A DNA stretch of 63,670 bases, filler included, from Thraustochytrium aureum (GCA_012862495.1; 5 parts of one record of this genome joined end to end with filler, not necessarily neighbours in it); one strand, 5' to 3'. Shown: positions 47,601-58,949, counted from the first letter of the whole stretch. Notes: a model not told the origin generated them from the letters alone. Program-made: numbers and translations.

Positions 47601-48675
47601 CGCGTGTCGGCACCGTAAAGAAAAACGGGAGCAGCGAGCTCTCGAAGGCGTCGTTCGGCAGTGTGAGCGCGCAATACTCGCGGTCCGGGAAGCACTCGAA
47701 GGCGGCCTGCAACAGGTCGCGCGTGCGCGATCGCCTCGCCTGGTCGACGCAAAACAGCGTCACCGCAAACACGTTAACGCCGCGATCGCCAACATCCTTG
47801 CCCTCCTCGGCCCCAGGCGCGGGTCTAGCCCCCAGGTTGTCGAATGGGTCGAGGTTGAAGGAGGCTGTGAGTAGGCCCACGTCGATATCGGTTGACACGC
47901 ACAGAAGGCCTACCGCCTTGCCTTCCGCGTCTGCCACAACAGCCATGTTGTGCTCGTCTTGGGCTTCGATAAGCTCGGCGAGAAAGTACTCGCCGTAGAC
48001 CCGCGAGAGCACTTTGGACTGCGAGTCGAAAATCTTGACGAGCTCGTCATAGTCCTCCACCTGAGCCGGCCGTGCGACCAGGTTCGGGCAGTACCGCATG
48101 CGAGGGCAAGACCAAACTTCCCAGTTGCCTTCGGCGGCGTCGCCGGGGAGCGCTGTCCTGCTTGCAAAGCCACCCGCGTTCGCCATGAGCGCATCTTCAA
48201 ATAGCGTTACTAGGCGGCTGCTGGCCCTGCACAGGGCGAGGCAAAAGTCGGTCTCTGGCAGCGTCACGAACAGCGTTCGCATCACAAAGTCGAACGCCTC
48301 CCGCTCCACTTTCGCCGTCGCCGCCCAGCTCGTGAGGAAGAGCGTGTTTGTGGGCCCCGCGCCAGCAAGCAGACCGTCGCCGCCTCTCACTGCGTCGAGG
48401 CAGTCTTCGACGCCGCGCAGGCTGTGCAGCGGCGTGTCGTCGAAGGATGCAAACCCCACCGCCGTGCCATCTTTCTCAACCACCACACACAACACCGACT
48501 TGAGAATGACGCGCCTATCGATCGTCCTGGCGAGCAGGTCCTCCGCCGCCGCGCTTTCCTCGCCCTCCTCCTCTGGGAAGAAGTCTTTTGCTAGATCCCC
48601 GAGGAGCCGTGCCACCTTCTCCGCATCGCCGCGCTCGGCTCTGCGCACGACCAGCTCGCCGTCTGCGCCCCCCAT
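44619..48675 (-). CDS. CFAP61: Cilia- and flagella-associated protein 61
   Basis: N-terminal GNAT-like repeats (VRRAERGD; ARPAQVEDYDELVKIF, YGEYFLAELIE, NVFAVTLFCVD). C-terminal FAD/NAD-fold (NTRIVVVGASETG, YLLLATG, NDTGLVYDGRMVVDANFRTVDP, DWAAALYHDRF). The gap flanks overlap, so the ORF is continuous. Confidence 0.9.
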
Positions 48676-50143
48676 CCTCGCAGCGGACCGTCGCGCAGCG
48701 AGCGCAGAAGGCCGACGGAGGAAGCGAACGCGCTACCCGATGCAGCTCTCACTCGCGCCGGCGCCCCAGCCGCAGCCGAACCGCGCACGGCAACGCTGCT
48801 CTCCTCGCGATGCGCGCAGGCCGCCTTGCGTGTCTGTCTGCCTGCGCTGCTGCAGGGGACTGTCGCCAGTGCCGTTGACAGCACCAGTTACCGTTACGCG
48901 CACCGAACACACTTCCGTTCGCATCAACGCTCCCGGCGCCGCAAGCCCCCTCCTGCCCGGCTGCATTCGATGGCTCCCGTGCCGACGCGCTCGCGCTGTG
49001 CCGAGGAGCCTGCTGAGAGGAGCGATGGTTCAGGGATGATTGGGCGTGGATGCTCGTGGGTTGCGTCGTGATTGCGCCCGGCGCTGCTGGGAGAAGCGAC
49101 GCAACTCGGCACCAATCGCCAGCCCCGCTTGACCTTACCTGGCTATCCACAGGGAACGCAGGCCCGTAAAGCTTGGAGCTCTTGACTCTAGCGAGCACTA
49201 ATGCGGATCAGATGAAGCGCCTGCGACGCCGCCTGCGACGATGCGCAAGCTGGAATCGCAAAGCAATATTGCGTCGGCGCGCGCCAGGATCACTTGCCTG
49301 GGCCGGCGTACAAAGCCAGGCCTAAAAGCGGTCTCGCTGGGGACCCTGCATTCGGGGCCTGGTACTTGTTCTCGTTGCTCGAGGACGCCCAGGGAGTGCT
49401 CGGCCGAGCCCCCCGAGCTGCCAAGCCTGTCCGGGTAGAAACCATTCATTCCAGCGGCCTCGCGCGCCCCGCCCCAAGGTAGAGCACGCAGGCTCGCGCC
49501 GCTCTCGTCGATTCCTTCGGCCGACAAAGCGTCCCGGTCGGTCTCCCCCAGGCCGATCGATGAGAAGCGGGTGCCGCACTCGGCGACCTCGATCAAANNN
49601 NNNNNNNNNNNNNNNNNNNNNNNNNNNNNNNNNNNNNNNNNNNNNNNNNNNNNNNNNNNNNNNNNNNNNNNNNNNNNNNNNNNNNNNNNNNNNNNNNNNN
49701 NNNNNNNNNNNNNNNNNNNNNNNCACAACAGGCCGTCGGAGCGGCCGTCGAAGCGGCCGCGTTGAGGGACGCGCGTTGAGCAGCTGGGCGCGAAGAAACG
49801 CGGCGACCTGCTCGCGTGCGCCTGCGCGGTTTTGGGAGGCCGCGTTGTCCCGGCGGCGGCCAGTTTTTTCTCTTCTGGGTGGCGCAGCTGTCGGGAGTCG
49901 CCAACGGGAAGGGATCGGGAGTCGCGGACTCGCCCTCGGTTTGTCGAATACACGGCCGTCGGGAGTCCGCTGGGCGACAAACGGGAGAGCACACTGCCTG
50001 CAGGGCATCGGACGCGGCTGCGAGTAGCCGCCAGTCGCGAATCGGGGGTCTGAGGCTTGAATGTGCCCCGGTGGCGCTGGCGCACTTGTGGGCGTGAACT
50101 CGTGGGACGCCTGCGTGCCGCAGCCCAAGCGCCGCCGCCTGGA

Positions 50144-51141
50144 ATGGCCGAGACACGACGTAGCCCCCGCGGTGAATCGGCCTCGCCTTTGACGGCCTCG
50201 TTGCGAGCCGCGCGAGCTGCGCTAGAGGACGCTTCAAGTTTCGAGGCCTCGCGACACAGGACCTCCCCACGCCAAGTCGCGGCAGATCGCGCCGATGCTG
50301 ACGGCAACGCCGTCTCTGCAGATAGCGGCGGCCACGGAACTGCGGGCTCGAAGCGCGTACGGCAAAAGATCAGCCGCGGCGACGCGTCGGATGCGCCGCC
50401 GAGCAAGAAGCCCAAGGCGACGCGCAGGCTGTGCAGTGTGGTCGGGTGCGGGCGGATCTCGCGCGGAAAGTGCGGCACGTGTATCAAGCATGGTGGCGGT
50501 GTCCGCTGCAAAGTAGAGGGGTGCTCAAATGGGGCGGAGCGCGCAAGTGGCTCGGCAGCTCTTTGCAAGGCTCACGGGGGCGGCACGAGGTGTGCCGCGG
50601 AGGACTGCGATATCGCCGCCCGTGGAGGAAGTCGATTTTGCGTCAAACATGGGGGCGGCAATCGATGCGAGGTAGAAGGGTGCACAACCTCGCAGCAGGC
50701 GGAGGCGTGTTGCAGCGGTGTGTTGCGCATGGCGGCGGCCGCCGCTGCAATATTGAGGGTTGTAAGGTAGCAGCTCAGGGCAGATCCGCGCGGTGCAAAG
50801 CGCACGGCGGTGGGCCACGGTGCCGCTTTCCGAACTGCTCGCAGCCCGTTGCGTCAGGGCGCAAGCAAAAGTTTTGCCGCGGCCACAAGGAAGCCTTTGA
50901 GCTCCGAGGGGAGGAGTCCGCGTTTGACGATGACGTCGTTGACAGCGATGTAGCAGCACCCGCCCTGGTGGTTCGTAGAACGCCGCTCGCCTCGCAGACT
51001 CCGCGAGGTATGGCGCAAGGCGAGTTTGGCGCGTTCCACCCGCTTATTTCACCAAGCGCGACTGACCAGCCGGCGATGGTCGACCCCACCTTGGCAGACT
51101 CTGAGTTGGACTTTGGCGAGCCAAGCGATGTTCCGCTTTGA
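50144..51141 (+). CDS. WRKY19-like zinc-finger repeat protein (C-x4-C...C-x2-HGGG repeats)
   Basis: Five or six repeats such as CKVEGC...CKAHGGG. 1-nt frameshift near 50693. Confidence 0.85.
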
Positions 51142-51244
51142 CTCGCCGGTCTACCGGAGTTGGCGGCGCAAACTCGGTGACAAGACCAAAATGCAAGAAT
51201 CGCGCGTTCGGTGGCGGCGCGACGCCGCCCATCGGGCGTCAAAC

Positions 51245-51345
51245 TGAACTCGTGCTGGCGGTGAACTCGTGCTGGTAGTGAACTCGGGCTGGCGGTGAAC
51301 TCGTGCTGGCGGTGAACTCGTGCTGGCGGTGAACTCGTGCTGGCG
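51245..51345. repeat. 17-bp minisatellite x6 (TGAACTCGTGCTGGCGG)
   Basis: Units at 51245, 51262, 51279, 51296, 51313 and 51330. Confidence 0.92.
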
Positions 51346-51372
51346 TGCAGACAGTGAAGTAAACCCTCAAGT

Positions 51373-51535
51373 CACGGTGGGTTTTTTCGTACATGCGCGG
51401 CATGCCACGCCGTGCCCCCACGGCAATGAAGACACGCTTTTTTTTCTGCATGCGCGACATGCCACGCCGTGCCAGAGCCGCGCCCACGGCAATGAAGCCA
51501 CGGTGCTTTGATTTCTGATGCGCGACATGCCACAC
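51373..51535. repeat. ~60-bp imperfect repeat x3 (T-tract, ATGCGCGACATGCCAC, CCCACGGCAATGAAG)
   Basis: The core TGCGCG(G/A)CATGCCAC occurs three times. Confidence 0.8.
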
Positions 51536-51870
51536 TGTACACCGATCACGCGAACGCAGCTTGTTCGTTCATGAACAAGCAGAAAAAAGGAACATAACGT
51601 ACTTGGATGAATGCGAACCCAAGGGAACTGCAAGGGATCAAAAGGAGCGCCGCCGTATTCGCTCGACGTTGACCGCGCAGCAGAGCAGAGGCAGAGCAGA
51701 GCAGAGCAGGAGCAGCAGCGGGCGGGCGCGCAGCGGGAGCAATTGCAGGCGAGGAACGGGCGGAGGCGCTCGCGTAGCGCTCGCGTAGCGCGGCGACGAA
51801 GACCGCGCAGGCGAGGAAGCGCAGGGGCAGGCAGGAGGATAGCGCGTTAGGCGCGGGCAGCACGCGCAGG

Positions 51871-53048
51871 ATGCCGGCAGCCGACGATGAGCGCACCAAG
51901 GTGCTCGATGACTACCGCAAGGCGCTGCTCAAGCACCGCGAGATGGAGGCCAAGGTGAAGAGCCTCCGGCTGCGGATGCGCGAGCTGAACAAGGACTACC
52001 AAAAGACGGAGGACGACCTCAAGGCGCTGCAGAGCGTCGGCCAGATCATCGGCGAGGTTCTCAAGAAGCTCGAGGACGAGCGCTACATCGTCAAGGCGTC
52101 GAGTGGGCCGCGCTACGTAGTGGGCGTGCGCAAGAAGGTGGACCGGGCCAAGCTCACGTCGGGGACGCGCGTCTCGCTCGACATGACAACGCTGACCATC
52201 ATGCGCATCCTCCCCCGCGAAGTGGACCCCACCGTCTTCAACATGCTCAACGAGGACCCCGGCAAGCTTACCTATTCGGAGGTGGGCGGGCTCACGGAGG
52301 AGATCCGCCAGCTGCGCGAGACGATCGAGCTGCCCCTCACAAACCCGGAACTCTTTTTTCGCGTCGGGATCAAGCCCCCAAGGGCGTGCTCCTGTATGGG
52401 CCGCCTGGAACCGGCAAGACCCTCCTCGCGCGCGCGCTCGCGTGCAATCTGAACGCAACATTCCTCAAGGTCGTGGCAAGCGCGATCGTGGACAAGTACA
52501 TCGGCGAGTCTGCGCGGCTGATCCGCGAAATGTTTGCCTTTGCGCGAGACAACGAGCCCACCGTGATCTTCATGGATGAGATTGATGCCATCGGCGGCAA
52601 GCGCTTCTCCGAGGGTACCTCTGCGGACCGCGAGATCCAGCGCACGCTCATGGAGCTCCTCAACCAACTCGACGGCTTTGACTCGCTCGGCAAAGTCAAG
52701 ATCGTGATGGCGACCAACCGGCCCGACGTGCTCGACTCGGCTCTGCTCCGGCCGGGCCGCCTCGACCGCAAAATTGAGATCCCGCTGCCCAACGAGCAGT
52801 CGCGCATCGAGATCCTCAAGATCCACGCCGCACCGCTCTCCAAGAAGGGCGACATCGACTACGAATCGGTGATCAAGATCGCAGAGGACTTTAACGGGGC
52901 AGACTTGAGGAACGTGTGCACCGAGGCGGGCCTCTTTGCAATCCGCGCGGACCGCGAGTACATCGTTGAGGACGACTTTATGAAGGCCGTGCGCAAGATT
53001 GCCGAGGTGAAAAAGCTCGAGACCAAGCTCGACTACAGCAAGGTCTGA
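51871..53048 (+). CDS. PSMC6: 26S proteasome AAA-ATPase subunit Rpt4 (10B)
   Basis: [66 protein letters not shown]. 1-nt frameshift at ~52380. Confidence 0.97.
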
Positions 53049-53080
53049 TCCAATCCGCCGCGCGCAAAAACCCAAAGTAA

Positions 53081-53578
53081 TTAAGAATAAGCTCGACCAA
53101 CCCTCTCGACCAACCCTTCCCCGCGAGACACCGTCCCGTGAGCGGCGCGCTGCCTCACGGCGCGTCTGGAAGTGTTGTGGGCTGCCCGGCGGGCCGCTTG
53201 GCCCAGCCCGCCTCTGCCCCGAGAGGCGTAAGCAGACTGCGTGCCCGCGCGCTGCACGCAGTGCGCCGCAACGCGGTTGGCAAGCGAGCACGCTTGCACG
53301 AGGGAGCTGCCTTCGCACAACGCTGCCGCAAGCGACCCCACGAAGCTGTCGCCTGCGCCAACGGTGTCGACGGCGCGAACGCCCTCGGCCGCAGGGTGGC
53401 TCGTCTTTCTCGCCTCGCCCGAGCCGTCGCGCTCTACGACAAGTGCCCCGCGTGGCCCGAGCGTCACGACTACGGCGGCGCAGTTGCCATAGTCCTCCAA
53501 GAGCTTGACCGCCGCCGCTTCTTCGTCCGCTGCGCCAGTGAGCTGCTTCGCTTCAAGCTCATTTGGGCACAGCACGGT
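53081..53578 (-). CDS. Ribokinase (PfkB family), C-terminal half; 5' end in gap
   Basis: PNELEA, VVVTLGPRGA, AVDTVGAGDSFVG, GTQSAY. True stop uncertain. Confidence 0.85.
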   Translation of the reverse strand, partial: TVLCPNELEAKQLTGAADEEAAAVKLLEDYGNCAAVVVTLGPRGALVVERDGSGEARKTSHPAAEGVRAVDTVGAGDSFVGSLAAALCEGSSLVQACSLANRVAAHCVQRAGTQSAYASRGRGGLGQAARRAAHNTSRRAVRQRAAHGTVSRGEGLVERVGRAYS

Positions 53579-53923
53579 NNNNNNNNNNNNNNNNNNNNNN
53601 NNNNNNNNNNNNNNNNNNNNNNNNNNNNNNNNNNNNNNNNNNNNNNNNNNNNNNNNNNNNNNNNNNNNNNNNNNNNNNNNNNNNNNNNNNNNNNNNNNNN
53701 NNNNNNNNNNNNNNNNNNNNNNNNNNNNNNNNNNNNNNNNNNNNNNNNNNNNNNNNNNNNNNNNNNNNNNNNNNNNNNNNNNNNNNNNNNNNNNNNNNNN
53801 NNNNNNNNNNNNNNNNNNNNNNNNNNNNNNNNNNNNNNNNNNNNNNNNNNNNNNNNNNNNNNNNNNNNNNNNNNNNNNNNNNNNNNNNNNNGCTTCGGTG
53901 AAGAGACCGGCCAGGACGCGACG

Positions 53924-56900
53924 ATGGAGCACGCGGACGAGCAGGCCCAGTCGGGCCTCGCGGCCGCGGCGATGGGCGCAGACGACGGCGGGGACGCGGG
54001 CGAGGTGGAAGCCGCCGCGAGCGGTGCGGACGTTGGCTGCAGCGCTGGAGAGGCAGCGCCGAAAGGCCGCGAGGGTGACAGCGCGGAAGGAGGCGCTCCG
54101 CGGGAGCAGGAGGAGGCGGCTGTGACCGTCGTGATGCGGCCCGTTCGATGCGTGTGCGGCTTGGTGCTGTCGGTGCCTTCGGACATCTTTGTGTTCCAGT
54201 GCGCCGAGTGCATGGAGACGGTCTCGGTGCCTCCGCCGCTGTCCGAGGAGGGCCGCCGCAAGCAAGCGCGTCGCGCTCTGAATCGGTGGATGGTGCGCGA
54301 GGCAGTGAGTAAGGAGCTGGACGCGTGGCTCAGTGGCAAGGAGTCGCTCTCTGCGGACTCGCCCTCGCTGGTGGCCAAATTCTACCGCAAGCTGTGCGAG
54401 TTCCCGCTGTTCGACGACAAGAGCAGCGGGATCGACGAGGCGCTGCTGGACTTTCTGCTGTTTCTGCCCCGCCTGGAGGACAAGCTTGTCAGGCTCGGCG
54501 GGAAGCGCACAACGGTGCGCACGCGCTTCATCAACTACATCGCCGGGCCGATCTTTTACGCGACCTTTGGCGACAGCAGTTCGGAGGCTCCCCGCGCGCC
54601 GGGGCCCTCGGCCGAGTCTCGCGGCGAGAAGAACGACGTGTTCAAGACCGAGCTGGTTGGGCTCTTGCGTGAGATTGAAAAGGAGGATGGCGCTGCCACC
54701 ATCCTCGAGGCGTTTGAGTCGGCGCACTCGATCTCGGAAATTCCCGGGGCGTTCGGCAGGATGGAGCGCGCGCACGTCGAGTCGGCGGTGGCCAACCTGG
54801 AGCACTCTCTAGCAAAGCCGCGGAGCCGGTCCAAGCTCAAGTCGCTCTACCACCTGACCCCTCGCAGGACGATCATCAAGCTCATGAAAATGCACATGGG
54901 CGCTGGGCTCGCAGGCGCTGCGATCAACCTCTTCATGGTCAAGCCGTTCGGGCGCCGCAGCCTCATGCAGCGCATGGCCTCCACCGCCTTTGGGGTCACG
55001 GAGGCCGAGGACCTCTCTAGCCTCGCCGCCCGCCACCTGAGCCCCGAGGTCAAGGCTCGCTGCCTTGCGTTCCTGCGGAGCCACGACGGCGAAGACCAAA
55101 CTGACATCCTCTACGCCCTCGACGAGGACGTGCTCTACTTTCTCGGCAGCGATGCGCTTACCGAACAGTGGGGTTGCCCGCCCGTGCCGGCGAGCGAGAT
55201 TGAGGCCCTCCGCGCCGCCAGCGAGGCGTTCGTGTTTCAGAATGCCCCCAAGGCCGGCGCCAAGGCGACATCGATGCACAACCCGGAGTCCATTGAGCTG
55301 TTGGAGGCCTCCAGCGACTTGGGTGGCGATGCTGACAGCGTGAGCTCTGAGGAGGGCCAGGACGAGTTTGATGTGTCTGAAAACGGAGCCGTTCAGGGCA
55401 AAGAAGGGGCGCAGGAGAAGAAGGCTCGTTCGAGCCTGTTTCGCTCCTCCAAGTCGTCGGACGAGGCAGAGAAGAAAAAGCACCCGCTGCACTATGTGAG
55501 GCTGTTTTGCCACGAGGAGGCGCAGCGGCAAGTCGGTGAGCTCGCAGTGGAGATGATTGGTGACGAGACCGTGGAGCGGTTCGTTCGCGTCTCGCTGCCC
55601 GTAATCCAGCAGCACATGATAGCCAGTGTTTCCGCGCGCGGTAGCGGGATGATCCCGCTCCTCGAAGGCCTGTTTGCGGCTTGGAAGCGCGTCCTCAAGG
55701 TCCACAAGGACAAGCGAATGCCGCTCGCCGACAAGCGCAAGATGTACAGCGAGGTTGTGGAGCAGGTGCACGAGCTGGTGTTTACGCTCGTGCACAACCT
55801 GGTCCGTGGCGACAGGAACGGCAAGTGGCACCAGCTCGTNNNNNNNNNNNNNNNNNNNNNNNNNNNNNNNNNNNNNNNNNNNNNNNNNNNNNNNNNNNNN
55901 NNNNNNNNNNNNNNNNNNNNNNNNNNNNNNNNNNNNNNNNNNNNNNNNNNNNNNNNNNNNNNNNNNNNNNNNNNNNNNNNNNNNNNNNNNNNNNNNNNNN
56001 NNNNNNNNNNNNNNNNNNNNNNNNNNNNNNNNNNNNNNNNNNNNNNNNNNNNNNNNNNNNNNNNNNNNNNNNNNNNNNNNNNNNNNNNNNNNNNNNNNNN
56101 NNNNNNNNNNNNNNNNNNNNNNNNNNNNNNGCTTGTCGACCTGTGGAACTCTTCGCGTCTCGACGTAGACACGGACAGCATGCTCGCCGAGCTCTCAGAC
56201 GCGGACAGGAAGCTAATTGAGACGGAGGCGGAGCTCCTCCGGGTCCACCATATCAAGAACGCCGCGCGGACGCTCGGCACGGACAAGCTCCCCCCGCCCG
56301 CCGTTGACGCCTCGTGGAAGCTAGTGCAGCTGTTCAGGGCGCGTATCGGGGACGGGCTCTTTGCCCCTGCCGCCACAGCAGAGGAGGCTGCGGTGGCAGC
56401 GGCCGAGAGCGCGTCTCGCGCCTCGGGCCAGGTGGTGTCGCCGCGCCGGCACTTGCGGCCGAAGCGGTTCTTGCCCAAGAGGTTGCAGTCGTTCAACGTC
56501 CTCGAGTACGAGGACAAGGTGCACCTGACCCACCTGGAGGTGGTTTACGCGTACGAGGATGATTCTTCCATGGGGTTTCGCGGGTATGAGCGCATCGCGG
56601 TGGACTTCAACATGTACAATGACAGCAAGTCTTTCCTGTGGATCCGGCGGTCGTTGCCCGACCACGGAACAACTCGAGACGGCGTCGCGCTCGAGTGGAT
56701 GCAGCCGATAACGGACGTGCGGATCATGGAAGGGGCAGACGCCAATGCTGAGGCGATCTTGCGCGCCGAGGGCTACTTGAAGATCGCCAAGTCGCTCGAC
56801 AAGAGGAGCGTGTATCTCTGGTACAAGCGCTCGAGCTCTGCCACAACCCGCGTGCTCAACCTAACGGCGGTGCGCCTCGACGAGGAGAACGCATCGCTGC

Positions 56901-57223
56901 GCCAGGAGGCGCTGCAGGCGTCGGGGTACGAGCTTCTTGCCCCGATCATCAAGTGCCACTCGAGGAGCTTTTCGGTGTCCCCTCGAAGGCCCGCATCGGC
57001 GTTTACGTCAAGCGCGGCGAAGCTCAAGTGGCGGCCAGGGCGGTGGTTTCCTGATTCCATCTCTCGCGCTCTGTGCGCGACGCTTGAGGGCCAACGAAGC
57101 AAGCACGAGCAGCAACGCCGAGCAGCAACGCTGAAGCGAGGCCGGAGCAGCGCTGGTTGCTGGTTGGGGGAGCCGCACGAGCAAGATTCGCAGAGAGAGG
57201 GCCAGCGTGGGGCACGCACCTAG
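53924..57223 (+). CDS. Large protein: N-terminal C4 zinc finger, PX-associated/DUF3818-like helical region, C-terminal MABP-like domain
   Basis: CVC...FQCAEC; FMVKPFGRRSLMQRM; repeated GYERIAVDFN...FLWIRR / PITDVRI...GYLKIAKSL...VYLWYKR. Internal gap 55840-56130. Confidence 0.55.
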   Translation: MEHADEQAQSGLAAAAMGADDGGDAGEVEAAASGADVGCSAGEAAPKGREGDSAEGGAPREQEEAAVTVVMRPVRCVCGLVLSVPSDIFVFQCAECMETVSVPPPLSEEGRRKQARRALNRWMVREAVSKELDAWLSGKESLSADSPSLVAKFYRKLCEFPLFDDKSSGIDEALLDFLLFLPRLEDKLVRLGGKRTTVRTRFINYIAGPIFYATFGDSSSEAPRAPGPSAESRGEKNDVFKTELVGLLREIEKEDGAATILEAFESAHSISEIPGAFGRMERAHVESAVANLEHSLAKPRSRSKLKSLYHLTPRRTIIKLMKMHMGAGLAGAAINLFMVKPFGRRSLMQRMASTAFGVTEAEDLSSLAARHLSPEVKARCLAFLRSHDGEDQTDILYALDEDVLYFLGSDALTEQWGCPPVPASEIEALRAASEAFVFQNAPKAGAKATSMHNPESIELLEASSDLGGDADSVSSEEGQDEFDVSENGAVQGKEGAQEKKARSSLFRSSKSSDEAEKKKHPLHYVRLFCHEEAQRQVGELAVEMIGDETVERFVRVSLPVIQQHMIASVSARGSGMIPLLEGLFAAWKRVLKVHKDKRMPLADKRKMYSEVVEQVHELVFTLVHNLVRGDRNGKWHQLXXXXXXXXXXXXXXXXXXXXXXXXXXXXXXXXXXXXXXXXXXXXXXXXXXXXXXXXXXXXXXXXXXXXXXXXXXXXXXXXXXXXXXXXXXXXXXXXXXLVDLWNSSRLDVDTDSMLAELSDADRKLIETEAELLRVHHIKNAARTLGTDKLPPPAVDASWKLVQLFRARIGDGLFAPAATAEEAAVAAAESASRASGQVVSPRRHLRPKRFLPKRLQSFNVLEYEDKVHLTHLEVVYAYEDDSSMGFRGYERIAVDFNMYNDSKSFLWIRRSLPDHGTTRDGVALEWMQPITDVRIMEGADANAEAILRAEGYLKIAKSLDKRSVYLWYKRSSSATTRVLNLTAVRLDEENASLRQEALQASGYELLAPIIKCHSRSFSVSPRRPASAFTSSAAKLKWRPGRWFPDSISRALCATLEGQRSKHEQQRRAATLKRGRSSAGCWLGEPHEQDSQREGQRGART

Positions 57224-57311
57224 GTGTCGCACAAGGCCGCGGTCCTGCGGATAAGAACGAAGATAAAAAAGCAGAACGGTTCGTCACAACATGACCGAGT
57301 GCTGCCCCGAG

Positions 57312-58721
57312 CTAGCGGTTGGTCACATCACCGAGGGTTGTCCTGGACTGCTCTGGGCGTTCAGACTGCACGATGGCGGCCTTGACAGAAAAGGCCGGCC
57401 GGCGTGTTGCAGCGCCATGCCGCGCCTTGTCGAGGGCGTCAACTTTGAGCAAATACTTCCGCTGTTGGACGACGGCCAGCTCGAGTTGCGCGATGCGAAA
57501 GCGTGCCTCTTCGGCCTGTTTCGCTGCCGTGACCGTCTCCGAACGGCTGTGTTTGAGTTGGTCGCACAGCTCACGCTCGCGCGCAGCAGCTTGCAGAGCG
57601 TCCAGTCTGGCTGCCTCGCGCTCGGCGGCTGCTTGCTCCAAGCGGACTTTAGCGCCGCACAGCGCTCGAGGGCCTGCTCCAGGTCCCTTTCGCGGAGGTG
57701 CACGTCGTTGTCGAGGTGCGCGAGCTGCGACTTGAGTCGGGCCTCGACGTCGCCCTGTTTCGCAAGTTTGCCTTGCAGCGTTGCGATGGTCTCGAGCTTG
57801 TCGTGAAGCAGGGCCTCTGCTTGTGCTTGGCGCTGCGCCTCGTCGTACANNNNNNNNNNNNNNNNNNNNNNNNNNNNNNNNNNNNNNNNNNNNNNNNNNN
57901 NNNNNNNNNNNNNNNNNNNNNNNNNNNNNNNNNNNNNNNNNNNNNNNNNNNNNNNNNNNNNNNNNNNNNNNNNNNNNNNNNNNNNNNNNNNNNNNNNNNN
58001 NNNNNNNNNNNNNNNNNNNNNNNNNNNNNNNNNNNNNNNNNNNNNNNNNNNNNNNNNNNNNNNNNNCTCCAGGCGCTCGGCCCTGTTTGCGAGGTTTCCA
58101 CTTGGCCTTGCAGCCGCGCTGTTTGCTCTGCGGCCTGGGCTTTTGAGGTGGCGGCTTCGGCGCGCGCCTGCTCGGCTTCCGAGCGCACCTGCGCGAGCAT
58201 GTCGCGAGCGCTCGCGGCCTCTTTGCGTGCCAGATCTGCGTCGCGCTGCACGAAGGTGGCGTTGTCGCGGCTGGCCTGCGCGTCCTGCCTGGCCTGGTCG
58301 GCGGCTTGGCGCTCCAGCTCGACCTGGGCCTCGAGGCGTTTGGCATTGAGCAAAGCGGCTTGCTCTGCTTGCTGGGAGGCTTGCAAGGCTGCAACGACGT
58401 GCGCCGCTCCGCCGTCCCGGACCGCGGCATCTACTTGCGCCTTTGCGGCCGGCCGCAGTGCGTCGCTTTCGTTAGCGCTCGCGCGTGCTGCATAGACGCG
58501 TGACCGGCGGAGTCGACTGCCTGCTTACCTGGTACTCTTTGATGGTGTCGATATAGGACTGCCGCTCGATTTCATAAAACTCCCTATCGGCCGCCTGCGA
58601 TCCGGCCACCGTCAGCGTCGCCCGGGCTCTGCCTGCCCGCCGTTCGCCCACTTACATGCTCCTCCTTCGCAGCACCGACCAGCCACTCGAGCTGCTGCTC
58701 CCGCGTCAAGTCCGCCCACAT
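57312..58721 (-). CDS. Coiled-coil protein with C-terminal destruction box (introns 58595-58655 and 58441-58528)
   Basis: Spliced MWADLTREQQLEWLVGAAKEEH|AADREFYEIERQSYIDTIKEYQ|AQVDAAV..., both with GTAAG donors and branch points. Heptad-rich body ending RTTLGDVTNR*. Internal gap and a frameshift near 57650. Confidence 0.7.
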
Positions 58722-58849
58722 CGCCTTCGAGCCAGCCAGGCAGCCAGCGAGCCAGCGAGCGAGCCAGCCAGCCAGCGAGGCGCCCTGCGTGCCGCTGCCC
58801 TCCCCGCTGGTACACCTATCCTCAGCCAGCGAGCGAGGCCAGCGAGCCA

Positions 58850-58949
58850 NNNNNNNNNNNNNNNNNNNNNNNNNNNNNNNNNNNNNNNNNNNNTTAATTA
58901 ATTAANNNNNNNNNNNNNNNNNNNNNNNNNNNNNNNNNNNNNNNNNNNN
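58850..58949. other. Artificial scaffold-joining linker
   Basis: N-TTAATTAATTAA-N. Confidence 0.95.

Noticed and set aside
49132..49300. U1 snRNA (CTTACCTGGC resembles its 5' end; also at 58524)
   Set aside because: No U1-70K or U1A loops and no Sm site follow. The 58524 instance is the reverse complement of a real splice donor.
49198..49597. Possible minus-strand gene fragment (LIEVAECGTRF...)
   Set aside because: No recognisable motif and the start lies in a gap. Support is insufficient.
52370..52390. Programmed frameshifting or insertional RNA editing in Rpt4 and other genes
   Set aside because: No shared slippery or recoding motif across sites, and a homopolymer discrepancy is directly visible at the CFAP61 gap. 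Sequencing error is simpler.
53138..53891. N-terminal extension of the 1361-aa ORF and an apparent ribokinase fusion
   Set aside because: Artefact of reading through Ns. The left flank is the antisense of ribokinase, and the gap is too short for the missing half of that gene.
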